Origin: Gemmatimonadota bacterium
GTDB lineage: Bacteria; Gemmatimonadota; Gemmatimonadetes; Gemmatimonadales; GWC2-71-9
Reading direction: 5' to 3'
Length of the DNA stretch: 64,000 bases
Assembly: GCA_031382385.1 (NCBI GenBank)
Contig: JANMYS010000078.1
Location: forward strand, 71,415-135,414
The notes beneath the pieces are model-generated. The model had not been told where the DNA came from. It saw nothing but the letters and a program-made list of their open reading frames with translations, and did no database searches. Position numbers and translations under genes: made by a program. How positions within the stretch are numbered: position 1 is the first letter of the stretch; the number at the start of each line of letters is the position of its first letter. Below are positions 38,577 to 50,186 of the stretch, in pieces.

Positions 38577-38722
38577 GGCGTCTCCGTGCGGGGGTGGAAG
38601 AGAACGTTCAGCGTTCGGCAGTCAGCAGGCGGCCGTGGGCCATTGGCCGTTGGCAACTTCGGCACGTGCGCCGCAATCCGCGCCGGCACAGGATGTTCCG
38701 GGCACGGGGCCTCGTGGTACGG

Positions 38723-40222
38723 TTACTTCGGCTCTCCCCGGAGCTCCCGTTGCAGGAGGCTGTGCCGGCGACCATACCCGAAATAGATGACAAACCCGAT
38801 CAGGAGCCAGACGGCGAGCCTGATCCAGGTGTCGCCGGGAAGGGTCAGCATGAGACCGAAGCAGCAGAGGATCCCCATGATCGGTACGAACGGCATGAGC
38901 GGCGTGCGGAAGGGGCGGTCCAGGTCGGGACGCTTCTTGCGCAGGATCCAGACCCCCGCACAGACGAGGATGAAGGCCAGCAGCGTTCCGATATTCACGA
39001 GCTGTCCCAGCAGCTGCAGCGGGAGCGCACCGGCGGCGATCGCCACCACGACGCCGGTGTAGATCGACGAGAGGTACGGCGTACGGAACTTCGGATGCAC
39101 CTTGCCGGCCCAGTGGCCGAGGAGTCCGTCGCGTGACATTGAATAGAACACCCGCGACTGACCCAGCAGCATCACCAGCACGACCGACGCGAGGCCCAGC
39201 ACCGCGCCGATGTCCACCAGCAGCCGGATGATGTAGGGCGCACCGACCTTCTCGAGCGCATATGAGGTGGGCGCCGCGTTGTTGAGCTCCGTATAGTGCA
39301 CCATCCCCGTCAACACCGCCGATACCACCACGTACAGCAGGGTGCAGATGGCCAGCGAACCGAGTATGCCGAATGGCATGTCTCGCTGCGGATCCTTCGC
39401 TTCCTGTGCCGCGGTGCTGACCGCGTCGAACCCGATATAGGCAAAGAAGACCAGCCCGGCCCCCCGCAACACGCCCGACCAGCCGAAGGTGCCCCACTCG
39501 CCGGTATTCGGTGCGATGAAGGGCGTCCAGTTTTCTGGCTTGACGTAGAAGAGCCCGGTCGCCGCCACCAGCAGCACGATCGTGACCTTGATGATCACGA
39601 TGATGCTGTTGACTCTCGATGATTCCTTGATGCCGATCACCAGGATCGTGGAGATGATCGCCACGATCAGGACCGCGGGAAGGTTGACCAGCGCGCCGGT
39701 GAAGTTGAGCCCGCTCCGCGCGCACCCTGCCAGCCCGTCCGTCACGTTGGTGGCGGTGCACCAGACAGTGGGCGAATTGGTGAGCCCCGCTGGGAGCTCG
39801 ACGCCGAACAGCCGGAGGAGCGAAACGAAGTGCCCCGACCAACCCACCGCGACGGTGGAAGCGCCGGCGGCGTACTCCAGCACGAGGTCCCACCCGATGA
39901 TCCAGGCGACCAGTTCGCCCATCGTGGCGTAGGAGTAGGTGTAGGCGCTCCCCGCCACCGGAACAGCACTCGCCATCTCGGCATAACAGAGCCCGGCAAA
40001 GGCACAGGCGATGCCGACGATGATCATCGAGATTGGCACCGCAGGGCCGGCGTGCAGTGCGGCCGCCTGTCCGGTCAGCACGAAGATGCCGGCCCCGATG
40101 ATGCCGCCGATACCGATCGCGAGGAGCGCGCCCCGACCCAGCGTGCGCTGCAAACCGCCTTCGCCGGTATTGTCGGCCTCGGCGCGGAGCGCGGAGATGG
40201 ATTTCGTCGCCCAGAGAGACAC
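38723..40222 (-). CDS. APC-superfamily amino acid permease (tandem paralogue)
   Basis: GTG 40222 gives (M)SLWATKSISAL, parallel to [12 protein letters not shown] of the paralogue. [16 protein letters not shown]. Confidence 0.88.
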   Translation of the reverse strand: MSLWATKSISALRAEADNTGEGGLQRTLGRGALLAIGIGGIIGAGIFVLTGQAAALHAGPAVPISMIIVGIACAFAGLCYAEMASAVPVAGSAYTYSYATMGELVAWIIGWDLVLEYAAGASTVAVGWSGHFVSLLRLFGVELPAGLTNSPTVWCTATNVTDGLAGCARSGLNFTGALVNLPAVLIVAIISTILVIGIKESSRVNSIIVIIKVTIVLLVAATGLFYVKPENWTPFIAPNTGEWGTFGWSGVLRGAGLVFFAYIGFDAVSTAAQEAKDPQRDMPFGILGSLAICTLLYVVVSAVLTGMVHYTELNNAAPTSYALEKVGAPYIIRLLVDIGAVLGLASVVLVMLLGQSRVFYSMSRDGLLGHWAGKVHPKFRTPYLSSIYTGVVVAIAAGALPLQLLGQLVNIGTLLAFILVCAGVWILRKKRPDLDRPFRTPLMPFVPIMGILCCFGLMLTLPGDTWIRLAVWLLIGFVIYFGYGRRHSLLQRELRGEPK

Positions 40223-40282
40223 GGGAGCTCGTGGAGTCGAGGTGGACAAGTTTCCGGCGGTCAGCGCGAAGCAGTTGAAGGT

Positions 40283-40302
40283 CAACGGCTGACGGCTGAC
40301 GG

Positions 40303-40305
<3 letters not shown>
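40283..40305. repeat. ACGGCTG heptamer tract abutting the guaB stop
   Basis: caacggctgacggctgacggcta. The final cta is the guaB TAG on the minus strand. Confidence 0.85.
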
Positions 40306-41865
<1,560 letters not shown>

Positions 41866-42306
41866 CTACATCCCGAACTGCCGCAGGTGATGATCGAGAT
41901 GCTTCCACGCCAGGATGCCCCACTCGGCCGGAGAGAGCGCGCCACACGCCGGATGCGGAGCGAAGACCGTCGCGGTCCCGGCCCGCTCCAGTAACGACTC
42001 ACACTGCGCCAGGTCCGCCGCCCAGTCGCCCGGTGCGGTGGTGAGCATCTCGGGCACGGTCGGCACCTTGCCCGGAGGGGCCTGGAACCCGGTGTGGATG
42101 ACCACCCATCGAACCAGCGTACGGGTGAGAAAGGACCCGCGCGGCCGCGAGGGCAGGTCACCCAGCGCAACCCGGAGCTGGTCCGACAGGTGACAGACCA
42201 TCCGTGGCGCCGTCAGGGTCCCCCAGGAAGGTTGAGTGACGGGCGTGAGCTGTCGCAGGCGAGTGATCAGCGCGGCCCGTGCCGTGGGATCGTGAATCGT
42301 CGGCAT
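41866..42306 (-). CDS. DinB-superfamily / DUF1569-like protein
   Basis: MPTIHDP..., C-terminal WKHLDHHLRQFG His-rich helix typical of the DinB fold. ATG 42306. Confidence 0.7.
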   Translation of the reverse strand: MPTIHDPTARAALITRLRQLTPVTQPSWGTLTAPRMVCHLSDQLRVALGDLPSRPRGSFLTRTLVRWVVIHTGFQAPPGKVPTVPEMLTTAPGDWAADLAQCESLLERAGTATVFAPHPACGALSPAEWGILAWKHLDHHLRQFGM

Positions 42307-42465
42307 CGGGGGTGTTTCCTCCTCACTCGCGTGCGGCGAGCGTTCCCGCACCGCTCGGCCTGGCGGGTCGCGACGCGGCGTGAGCGGATGGACGGGCGGG
42401 GTGAGCTTGCGTTTCGGCGTGGGGGATACGATCCCGCACCCCTGGGTCTCTGGACCAGCAAGAGC

Positions 42466-43929
42466 TCAGGCCGGGCGGTCCCGTTTCCAGATCAGGTACA
42501 CCGGCCACCCCAGCGCGACGATGCCGAGGCCGGGCCAGGTATACAGCGGCTTCTTCACCAGCAGGATCGCCATGAGACCGAGCACGGAAATCATGTAAAG
42601 CGCCGGCAGCCACGGATACCCGAAAGCGCGCACCGGGCGTGGCAGGTCGGGCCGGGTGACCCGGAGCCGGAACAGCGCGAGCGTGGTGAAGAAGTAGAAC
42701 AAGAGCGAGGCGAAGATCACGTAGTCGAGCAGGTTACCGTAGGTCCCGCTCAGGCAGAGCACCATCGCCCATACCGCCTGCGTCACCAGTCCGAACACCG
42801 GGGTCCGGAAGGTCGGATGGAGTGTGCCCGCCTGACGGAAGAAGAGGCCGTCCTGCGCCATGGCGTAATAGACCCTGGGACCGGCAAGCACCAGCCCGTT
42901 CACGCAGCCGAAGGTGGAGAGCATGACGGCGACAGCCATCAGCACGGCCCCCGCCGGCCCGAACATCACCTCGGCTGCGGCCACGCCCACCCGGTCCTGT
43001 GCCGCGTGCTGCAGTCCCCGCGCGAGGGCATCGGCACCCTGCGCGTCGCCGGCAAAGGGCAGAACCTGCAGGTACGCCAGATTGGCCAGCAGGTAGAGCA
43101 GGCACACTACACCGGTGCCGACGCCGAGCGCGAGCGGCAGATTGCGTTTCGGATCCCGCACCTCGGCGGCCGCGAAGGTGACGTTGTTCCACGCGTCGGC
43201 GGAGAAGAGACTGCCGACCATCGCCGCACCGAAGACCGGGATCAGCGCCAGGCTCCAGCTCCCCGTGCCCCAGAAACCCGCGGCATTCGCCGCCGCCACT
43301 TCCGTCCGCCGGCAGAGGGTGAGCCCCAGCGTGATGAGGGCCGCAAGCGCGCCCACCTTGGCGATCGCGAACACCGTCTGTACCCGCGCCCCCAGCGCCA
43401 CGCCACGCACATTCAGCAGGGTCAGGCCGAGCACGACACTGAGCGCGACGAGCCGTTGCCAGGAGAGCCCCAGCTCGATGGTGCCGCCGGGCATGGGCAG
43501 GTGGCCGAACGAGAGGAAGAGGTCCGGGGTGATCCCCGGCAGCAGGACAGCGATGAACTTGCCAAATGCGACCGCCACGGCGGCGATGGTACCCGTCTGG
43601 ATGACCGTGAAGAGGGTCCAGCCGAAGAGGAATCCAACCAGGGGGGAGAGGCCATCGCGCAGGAACACATACTGCCCGCCGGCCGTGGGCATCATGGCGG
43701 CAAGCTCGGCGTACGCCAGCGCACCGGTGACGGTCATCAGCCCGGTCACCAGCCAGATGAGCATCAGGGCACCGGGCCCCCACTCGTTGACCTGGCGCCC
43801 GATATCGGCGGAAACGATGAAGATGCCGGACCCGATCATCGTGCCCACCACCAGCGAGATGGCGGCGAGCGGCCCGATGCCCTGGACGAACTGCGAATCG
43901 CTGGAGGGTGACACCGGTGTGCCGGTCAT
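42466..43929 (-). CDS. APC-superfamily amino acid permease
   Basis: ATG 43929, placed after the upstream stop at 43937. VVGTMIGSGIFIVSADI, 12 TM-like segments. Confidence 0.88.
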   Translation of the reverse strand: MTGTPVSPSSDSQFVQGIGPLAAISLVVGTMIGSGIFIVSADIGRQVNEWGPGALMLIWLVTGLMTVTGALAYAELAAMMPTAGGQYVFLRDGLSPLVGFLFGWTLFTVIQTGTIAAVAVAFGKFIAVLLPGITPDLFLSFGHLPMPGGTIELGLSWQRLVALSVVLGLTLLNVRGVALGARVQTVFAIAKVGALAALITLGLTLCRRTEVAAANAAGFWGTGSWSLALIPVFGAAMVGSLFSADAWNNVTFAAAEVRDPKRNLPLALGVGTGVVCLLYLLANLAYLQVLPFAGDAQGADALARGLQHAAQDRVGVAAAEVMFGPAGAVLMAVAVMLSTFGCVNGLVLAGPRVYYAMAQDGLFFRQAGTLHPTFRTPVFGLVTQAVWAMVLCLSGTYGNLLDYVIFASLLFYFFTTLALFRLRVTRPDLPRPVRAFGYPWLPALYMISVLGLMAILLVKKPLYTWPGLGIVALGWPVYLIWKRDRPA

Positions 43930-43936
43930 GCCCGCG

Positions 43937-44293
43937 TCAGCCGGTCGGCTTGAGCGGCGTGGGGCTGGCGGGCGGAGGGACGGTGGGATCGGTGGAGCTG
44001 GCGGCCTTGACCGCTTCATCGACCACCGCCTGCCCGGCCGCGGCGAGGCCCTTCATCACCTTGGCTGCGCTGTCCATGACGCTCGCCGTCCCGGTGATGG
44101 CCTGCACCGGCAGCTTGGCGGCCCGCATCGTGTCCTCGACGGTCTCGGTGAATTTCGCGAGGAATCCAGTTGGCGCCGCACGCTCGGCGTACTTGCTCTC
44201 GAGGAACTCGACGTAATCGAGTACCTGGTATCCCCGCTCGTCCGGCAGTAGTTCGAGCCGGCGGAGCAGGCGCTGCTTCAGGATCTCATTCAT
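43937..44293 (-). CDS. Hypothetical small protein
   Basis: 118-aa ORF with high third-position GC. ATGA overlap with the upstream gene. No family confidently recognised. Confidence 0.6.
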   Translation of the reverse strand: MNEILKQRLLRRLELLPDERGYQVLDYVEFLESKYAERAAPTGFLAKFTETVEDTMRAAKLPVQAITGTASVMDSAAKVMKGLAAAGQAVVDEAVKAASSTDPTVPPPASPTPLKPTG

Positions 44294-45288
44294 GGGTTCA
44301 ATCCCTCCATGACGCGGACCAGCTCAAGGACTGGCGTCGGCAGGTAGCGGGTGCGCACCGAGCGGACCGTGCCGCGGATGGTGAGCTCCTTGAGCGGGGG
44401 CAGCGCTGCGAATGCGGCCACCTGCTCCGGCGGCACGATCACGTAGACGAACCCCGGTTCCGGCAGCGGGCCACGGGTCAGCAGGTAGGTCCGACCCTCG
44501 GGAATCTCGGGCCGGAGTTCGTCGGCCTTCTGGAGCGCGACGAACTGCACTTTCCATTCGACCACCTGCCCGACGTACTTCCCCGGATTGGCCCGGACCT
44601 CCGCCTGACTTACTCCGACGATGACACCGCCCGCTGCGATCCGCACGGCGCTGTCAGGGACCCAGGCATCCAGCTGCACCCGGGTCCAGCCGCTGGAGCG
44701 GGCCAGCACCCGGAGCGCGGTGCCGCTGTCGACCTGGCCCATGGCAGCGCCGCCGGGCACGAGGGTGAGCGGCGCCCGGCGGGTCAGCTCCGCCGTCTCG
44801 GTACCGGCGGGGAGCGCCGGGATGGCCGTCACAACCGCAGCCGAGGTGAGCGCCTTTTCCGTGATCCACGCGGTGCGCCGTACCCGGGTCCAGTCGCCCC
44901 GGGTCTCCAGCTTCACGAATCCGGCCCCGGTGGAGATCCGGCCGACGCTGTCGCCGGCGGGTGAGCGCCGCAGCGTTTCCGCCGGTCGGCGGGTGACGGC
45001 GACGTTGAACCCGTCGCGATTGATTGTCCCGAGCGAAGCCGTACGGACCCAGCCTTCAAAGGTGACTTCCACGCCGCCGCCGCGCTTGCGGCCCGGCGTC
45101 ACCTCCGCCCGGACAAACAGGGTGCCGAGCACGGGGCCGTTGGCGGTCTTGGTGAAGCGGGCATCCTGCGACAGCACCACGCCGCCCTGCGCCACGACGA
45201 CGCGGGCGCACAGCACGAGTGCCAGCAGCAGAAAGGCTGGTAGGCGGAACGGGGGCGGACTAGATTGGTGCGCGAGACACACGGTCAC
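44290..45288 (-). CDS. Secreted hypothetical protein (SH3b-like repeats suspected)
   Basis: Signal-like LPAFLLLALVLCARVVVAQG. Repeated ..GDWTRV../..SGWTRVQLDAWV.. blocks. Confidence 0.65.
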   Translation of the reverse strand: MTVCLAHQSSPPPFRLPAFLLLALVLCARVVVAQGGVVLSQDARFTKTANGPVLGTLFVRAEVTPGRKRGGGVEVTFEGWVRTASLGTINRDGFNVAVTRRPAETLRRSPAGDSVGRISTGAGFVKLETRGDWTRVRRTAWITEKALTSAAVVTAIPALPAGTETAELTRRAPLTLVPGGAAMGQVDSGTALRVLARSSGWTRVQLDAWVPDSAVRIAAGGVIVGVSQAEVRANPGKYVGQVVEWKVQFVALQKADELRPEIPEGRTYLLTRGPLPEPGFVYVIVPPEQVAAFAALPPLKELTIRGTVRSVRTRYLPTPVLELVRVMEGLNP

Positions 45289-45311
45289 GATTGTAGAGAC
45301 GCCGGAGAGTC

Positions 45312-46868
45312 ATGTCAAACGCGCGGGGCCCCGCGGGGCCGGTAGTCCTGCTGGTTCTGGATGGCTGGGGCTACCGCGAGGTCCGTGAAGGCAACGCGAT
45401 CGAACTCGCCCGGACCCCCGTCTGGCACGGGCTCTGGCAGCAGCAGCCGCGCACCCTCCTGCAGGCCAGTGGGCTCCCCGTCGGACTCCCCGAAGGCCAG
45501 ATGGGCAACAGCGAGGTTGGCCATCTCAACCTCGGCGCCGGCCGGGTCGTCCCGCAGGACCTCGTCCGGATCTCCCAGAGCATCAAGGTCGGTGCATTCT
45601 TCCAGCTCGCGCCGCTGACCGAGTTGTGCGCCCGGCTGCGACAGAGCGGTGGCACCCTGCATCTCATGGGTCTGCTCGGTCCCGGGGGTGTGCATGCGAT
45701 CGACCAGCACCTGCTGGCCTGCGTCGAACTCGGCGTCCGGCTCGGTGTGGCCCGGATCGCCATCCACGGTTTCCTCGACGGGCGCGACACCCTTCCCGCC
45801 ATCGGCGACCAGGTGGTGCGTCAGCTGGAGACCGATCTCGCCCGGAACGCGCCGGGCCGGGCGGCGATCGCCTCGCTGGTCGGCCGCTATTTCTCGATGG
45901 ACCGCGACCGCCGCTGGGAGCGGACCCGCATTGGCTACGATGCCATGGTGCGCGGCATCGGCGCCCGGGCCTCCGATCCGGTCGGCGCGGTGCAGGCGGC
46001 GTTCGCCCGCGGCGAGACCGACGAGTTCGTCAAGCCGATCGTGCTGGAGCGGGATGGTCAGCCCGTCGCCCTGATGCGCGACGGCGATGGCGTCTTCTGC
46101 TTCAACTACCGCAGCGACCGGATGCGCCAGATGGTGCGGGCGCTCATGGTGGAGGGGTTCGACGGGTTCGATGTCGCCGGCCGCCCGCGGCTCGCCATGG
46201 TCACCATGACCCAGTACGACCGGACCTTCAGGGTGCCGCAGGCCTTCCCTCCCTTCACCATGGCGAAGATCGTCGCCGAGGTGCTGGCCGACACCGGGCG
46301 GACCCAGCTGCGGACGGCGGAGACGGAGAAGTATCCCCACGTCACCTACTTCTTCAACGGCGGCTACGAGCCGCCGTACAAGGGGGAGGAGCGGCTGCTG
46401 GTGCCGTCCCAAAAGGTCGCGACCTATGATCTCGCCCCGGAAATGAGCGCGGCGGGCATCACCGATGTCCTGGTGCAGGCGCTGGGGAAAAAGTCGCACG
46501 ACTTCATGCTGTGCAACTTTGCCAATGCGGACATGGTGGGACATACCGGCGTGATGTCGGCGGTGATCCAGGCGGTCGAGACGGTGGATCAGTGCCTCGG
46601 CCGCATCGTCGCCGCGGCGGAGCAGGCCAACGCGACGTTGCTGGTGACCGCCGATCACGGCAACTGCGAACTGATGATCGACCCCGCGACTGGCGGGGTC
46701 CATACCGCGCACACCACCAATCCGGTCCCGTTCGTGGCACTGCGGGCCGGAGCGACAGCGCTGCGCGAGGGCGGGGCGCTGTGTGATGTCGGGCCGACGG
46801 TCCTGCGTCTCCTCGGCATCGAGCCTCCCGACGTCATGACCGGACGCGACCTTCGCGTTCATCCCTGA
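45312..46868 (+). CDS. gpmI: 2,3-bisphosphoglycerate-independent phosphoglycerate mutase
   Basis: VVLLVLDGWGY, NSEVGHLNLGAGR, TADHGN. Confidence 0.96.
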   Translation: MSNARGPAGPVVLLVLDGWGYREVREGNAIELARTPVWHGLWQQQPRTLLQASGLPVGLPEGQMGNSEVGHLNLGAGRVVPQDLVRISQSIKVGAFFQLAPLTELCARLRQSGGTLHLMGLLGPGGVHAIDQHLLACVELGVRLGVARIAIHGFLDGRDTLPAIGDQVVRQLETDLARNAPGRAAIASLVGRYFSMDRDRRWERTRIGYDAMVRGIGARASDPVGAVQAAFARGETDEFVKPIVLERDGQPVALMRDGDGVFCFNYRSDRMRQMVRALMVEGFDGFDVAGRPRLAMVTMTQYDRTFRVPQAFPPFTMAKIVAEVLADTGRTQLRTAETEKYPHVTYFFNGGYEPPYKGEERLLVPSQKVATYDLAPEMSAAGITDVLVQALGKKSHDFMLCNFANADMVGHTGVMSAVIQAVETVDQCLGRIVAAAEQANATLLVTADHGNCELMIDPATGGVHTAHTTNPVPFVALRAGATALREGGALCDVGPTVLRLLGIEPPDVMTGRDLRVHP

Positions 46869-46884
46869 CCCAAGATCGTTGACC

Positions 46885-47598
46885 ATGCGCCTTCCCCTGC
46901 CCTGCCTGCTGTTCCTCCTCACCACGCCGCTCGCCGCCCAGGTGGGACACGATCCCGCCTCGTCGCCCTACCGCGATATTCCCAACGGGAAGACGCTCAC
47001 CGCCCTGGTCGGGGATGTCGGCGGCGACGGGGGCAAGCTCGGCATCGGTCCGCACAACGGACGGTCCTACGGCGGCCGACTCGACCTGCGGATCAGCGGC
47101 CCGGTCCAGTTCGGGCTTGGCTTCAGCCAGGCCAACCTCGAACGGCTGGTGGTGAGCGCGGATGACAGCGTCGCCAAACGCACCACCGGCCCGTTCAAGC
47201 AGACCCTGACCATGATCGAAGCGTCGCTCCAGTTCAACATCACCGGCCGGAAGAGCTGGCATCGGCTGGCGCCCTATGTGAGCGGAACGCTCGGCTGGGC
47301 CCACGGCTCGTCGCTGCCGGCCTCGGCCGCCAAGGACTCGAGCGGCTACAAGTTCGGCTCGAAGATCTACCTCGCCCCCGCCATCGGGCTGCGCATCATC
47401 ATCACCAGCAACGTGCAGCTGCGGCTCGACGCGCGGCAGCTCTTCTGGAAGCTCAAGTATCCGAGCTCCTACACCCGGGACCCGGCGGCGGAACCCAGTC
47501 CCAACGGTGACCTCGCCAATGCGGTGCTCCCGGACGGCAAGCGGGAACAGTGGAGCGGCGCGCGGGAGTTGCGCGCCGGGCTGGGATTCTCGTTCTAG
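46885..47598 (+). CDS. Outer-membrane beta-barrel-like hypothetical protein
   Basis: Signal MRLPLPCLLFLLTTPLAAQ, alternating hydrophobic strands, C-terminal ...GLGFSF. Confidence 0.7.
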   Translation: MRLPLPCLLFLLTTPLAAQVGHDPASSPYRDIPNGKTLTALVGDVGGDGGKLGIGPHNGRSYGGRLDLRISGPVQFGLGFSQANLERLVVSADDSVAKRTTGPFKQTLTMIEASLQFNITGRKSWHRLAPYVSGTLGWAHGSSLPASAAKDSSGYKFGSKIYLAPAIGLRIIITSNVQLRLDARQLFWKLKYPSSYTRDPAAEPSPNGDLANAVLPDGKREQWSGARELRAGLGFSF

Positions 47599-47618
47599 CG
47601 GGAGAGGCCCCGCCCCTC

Positions 47619-48035
47619 ATGCCGACCAGCCTCACTCGTGTGACCGGCTTCCATGCCCAGCATCATCTCTGGATGCCGGCCTGGTCCGCGGAAGAGAACC
47701 GCGCCGCCTTCGGGGCGCTGAGCGAGCCGCACCCGCATGACTATCGCTGCAGCATCACGGTGAGCGGCCCGATGGATCCGGACTCCGGCATGATCTGCGA
47801 CCTGGCGGAGCTCGACCAGATCCTCGACGAGGAGATCCGCGGGCCCTTCGAGGGCCGCCACATCAATCTCGATCATCCCGCCTTTGCCACCGGCCGCCCG
47901 ATCCCCACCTGCGAGGCGCTGGCGCGGTATCTCTTTGGCCGGGTCGCTCACCGACTCCCCGACGGGGTGCGACTGGACCGGCTGCAGGTCGCCGAAGATG
48001 CGACGCTCTCCGCCGAGTGCACCGGTCTCGACTGA
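47619..48035 (+). CDS. queD: 6-carboxytetrahydropterin synthase / PTPS family
   Basis: ATG 47619 with GGAGAGG 12 nt upstream. HPHDY, GMICDLAELD. Confidence 0.82.
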   Translation: MPTSLTRVTGFHAQHHLWMPAWSAEENRAAFGALSEPHPHDYRCSITVSGPMDPDSGMICDLAELDQILDEEIRGPFEGRHINLDHPAFATGRPIPTCEALARYLFGRVAHRLPDGVRLDRLQVAEDATLSAECTGLD

Positions 48036-48151
48036 CGAGACGGCGAGTGCGCTGCATGTGCGCCCATCAGCAGGCGAGGCCGTCTCCCCGGTTCCAGCAC
48101 CTCCCAAACCCATGATCCAGGCCGCGTGATGCAGCATCACCGGAGCGGCGC

Positions 48152-48571
48152 ATGACGCCGGCCCTTGCCGACCTCGGCGCCATCCTGCGCACCAGCCGGA
48201 CGATTGCGGTGGTCGGACTCTCCCCCGACCCGGGGCGACCGAGCCATGAGGTCGCGCGCTATCTGCAGGAGGCGGGGTACACGATCGTGCCGGTGCGACC
48301 TGGCGGCGAACGGATCATGGGCGAGCCGTGTCACCCTGACCTCACCACGGCGGCGGCGGTTGCGGGACCGTTGGACATCGTGAACGTCTTCCGCCGCTCC
48401 GAGGCGATCGCGGGCCTGCGCGACGCCCTGCTGGAAGTGCGGCCGCGGCTGGTCTGGCTGCAGATCGGCGTGCGGGACGAAGCGGTCGCGGAGGAACTGG
48501 AGGCGGTGGGCATTCCCGTCGTCATGGATCGGTGTCTCATGGTGGATCATCCCTGGCTGGTGAGTGCATGA
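48152..48571 (+). CDS. CoA-binding domain protein (YccU-like)
   Basis: SRTIAVVGLSPDPGRPSH...GYTIVPVRP. Confidence 0.82.
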   Translation: MTPALADLGAILRTSRTIAVVGLSPDPGRPSHEVARYLQEAGYTIVPVRPGGERIMGEPCHPDLTTAAAVAGPLDIVNVFRRSEAIAGLRDALLEVRPRLVWLQIGVRDEAVAEELEAVGIPVVMDRCLMVDHPWLVSA

Positions 48572-49368
48572 TGTCCCTTCATTTTCGCTCCGCTGTCACC
48601 CTCTGCATCGTCCTGGCGCCGGCCGGCCTGCGGGCCCAGGCCACCGCCGACCAGGCGCAGCTGGAGTTCACGGTCGGCGTGGGTCAGACGTCGGGCGGCG
48701 GGCAGCTCTGGCGGGTGGGCGCACAACCCTTCGGGACCCAGGGGGCGTATGACACGCTCGCGGTCAGCCGAGCCTTTCGCCGGACCATAAACGTCTCATT
48801 TTCCGGAACGTACTTTCCAGCGAATCACCTCGGATTCGTCGGAGAGGCCCAGCTCCTTGGCCTCGGCACCGAGGATGACTGCGGAATCCAGTTCACCCAG
48901 GGCTCGATCGAGACCTCCGATCTCTGCCGCTCGATCGGCCGGGCGGAGCGAAACGCCACCTCGGTCGCGGTGTCGGTCGGCACGGTGTACCGGATCGGGG
49001 GGCATCAGGCGGTGCATCCCTATCTGCGGCTCGGAGGCGGCATCGTGGTGACCCAGCAGAGCTTCGTGCGGATGCACGGGGAGATCATCGGTGCCGGCGG
49101 TCCCTCCGACCTGACGCTCTTCAAGGACGACCAGAACACGACGGTGAAGCCCTTCGCCCTGTTCGGGGGCGGTGTGGTCGCGGTTGCCGCCAAGGGGATC
49201 CAGTTCCGCTTCGAGGTGCGCGATAACTGGGTCCGGGTTCCCGCGGTCACCGGCCCCACGGTCCAGCAGGGACTCGTCCCGCCGAGCCGCCTGGTGTCGA
49301 AACACCTGCTCAGCTTCATGGTCGGGTTCGACCTTGTGCTGGAACGCAAACGCGGCCGGCGCTACTAG
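48568..49368 (+). CDS. Outer-membrane beta-barrel-like protein, paralogue A
   Basis: ATG 48568 overlaps the upstream TGA. Signal MMSLHFRSAVTLCIVLAPAGLRAQA. Ends DLVLERKRGRRY. Confidence 0.72.
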   Translation: MMSLHFRSAVTLCIVLAPAGLRAQATADQAQLEFTVGVGQTSGGGQLWRVGAQPFGTQGAYDTLAVSRAFRRTINVSFSGTYFPANHLGFVGEAQLLGLGTEDDCGIQFTQGSIETSDLCRSIGRAERNATSVAVSVGTVYRIGGHQAVHPYLRLGGGIVVTQQSFVRMHGEIIGAGGPSDLTLFKDDQNTTVKPFALFGGGVVAVAAKGIQFRFEVRDNWVRVPAVTGPTVQQGLVPPSRLVSKHLLSFMVGFDLVLERKRGRRY

Positions 49369-49373
49369 CGGAG

Positions 49374-50186
49374 GTGCCCCTGGGACCGTTGCCCCGCCTG
49401 GCCTGCACGCTGCCGGGCCTGTTGGCCTGCCTCGCCAGCCCGCTGATGGCGCAGGGGACCGCGGACCAGGCCCGCCTCACCATCGGCGTTGGCCTGATGC
49501 ACACCAGCGGGGGTGGAACGGTATGGGCCGTGCCGGCCCAGCCGATCAGCGTCGATGCGGGGGCCGATGACACACTGGCCCTCGCACGCAATCTGAGCAG
49601 CAGCTTCGGTTTCGTCTTCTCCGCCACGTATGCCCCCGGACGGTACCTTGGCTTCGCAGCCGATGTGCTGGTGACGAGACTGGGCTCTGGCGACCGCTGC
49701 AGGATCGTGCGGACCCGGGGAGCGGCCTTCACCGAGGATCTCTGCGGTTCCCTCGACAACACCGAGTACTCCAGCAGCACATCGATCCTGGCCGCGGGCG
49801 TGATCCTGCGGCCCGGCTTCCAGGGCCCGATCCAGCCCTACGCCCGGCTGATGGGAGGCTTCGGGGTGATACAACAGAGCCTGATCCAGACCGCCGGGTT
49901 CGTGCGGAGCGACAACGGCGTGGCCGACGCGGTGATCTACCGGGACGACGGCGGGACGCTGCTGTCGCCCTACTACGCCGTGGTCATCGGCGCCACGGCG
50001 GCCGCCGGGACGGGATGGCAGTTCCGCTGGGATCTGCGGCAGAGCTATCTCGCGCTACCGGGGATCACCAGCGCCACGATCCGCCAGGGCCTCACGCCCA
50101 GAACCGCGATGCGGGGTCACCATCTCTTCAGCTTCAGTGTCGGGGTCGATATCGTCCTCGAGCGGAAGCGCGGCCGGCGCTACTGA
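49374..50186 (+). CDS. Outer-membrane beta-barrel-like protein, paralogue B
   Basis: GTG start. Signal-like LACTLPGLLACLASPLMAQG. Same QGTADQA..L..GVG start and DIVLERKRGRRY end as paralogue A. Confidence 0.72.
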   Translation: MPLGPLPRLACTLPGLLACLASPLMAQGTADQARLTIGVGLMHTSGGGTVWAVPAQPISVDAGADDTLALARNLSSSFGFVFSATYAPGRYLGFAADVLVTRLGSGDRCRIVRTRGAAFTEDLCGSLDNTEYSSSTSILAAGVILRPGFQGPIQPYARLMGGFGVIQQSLIQTAGFVRSDNGVADAVIYRDDGGTLLSPYYAVVIGATAAAGTGWQFRWDLRQSYLALPGITSATIRQGLTPRTAMRGHHLFSFSVGVDIVLERKRGRRY

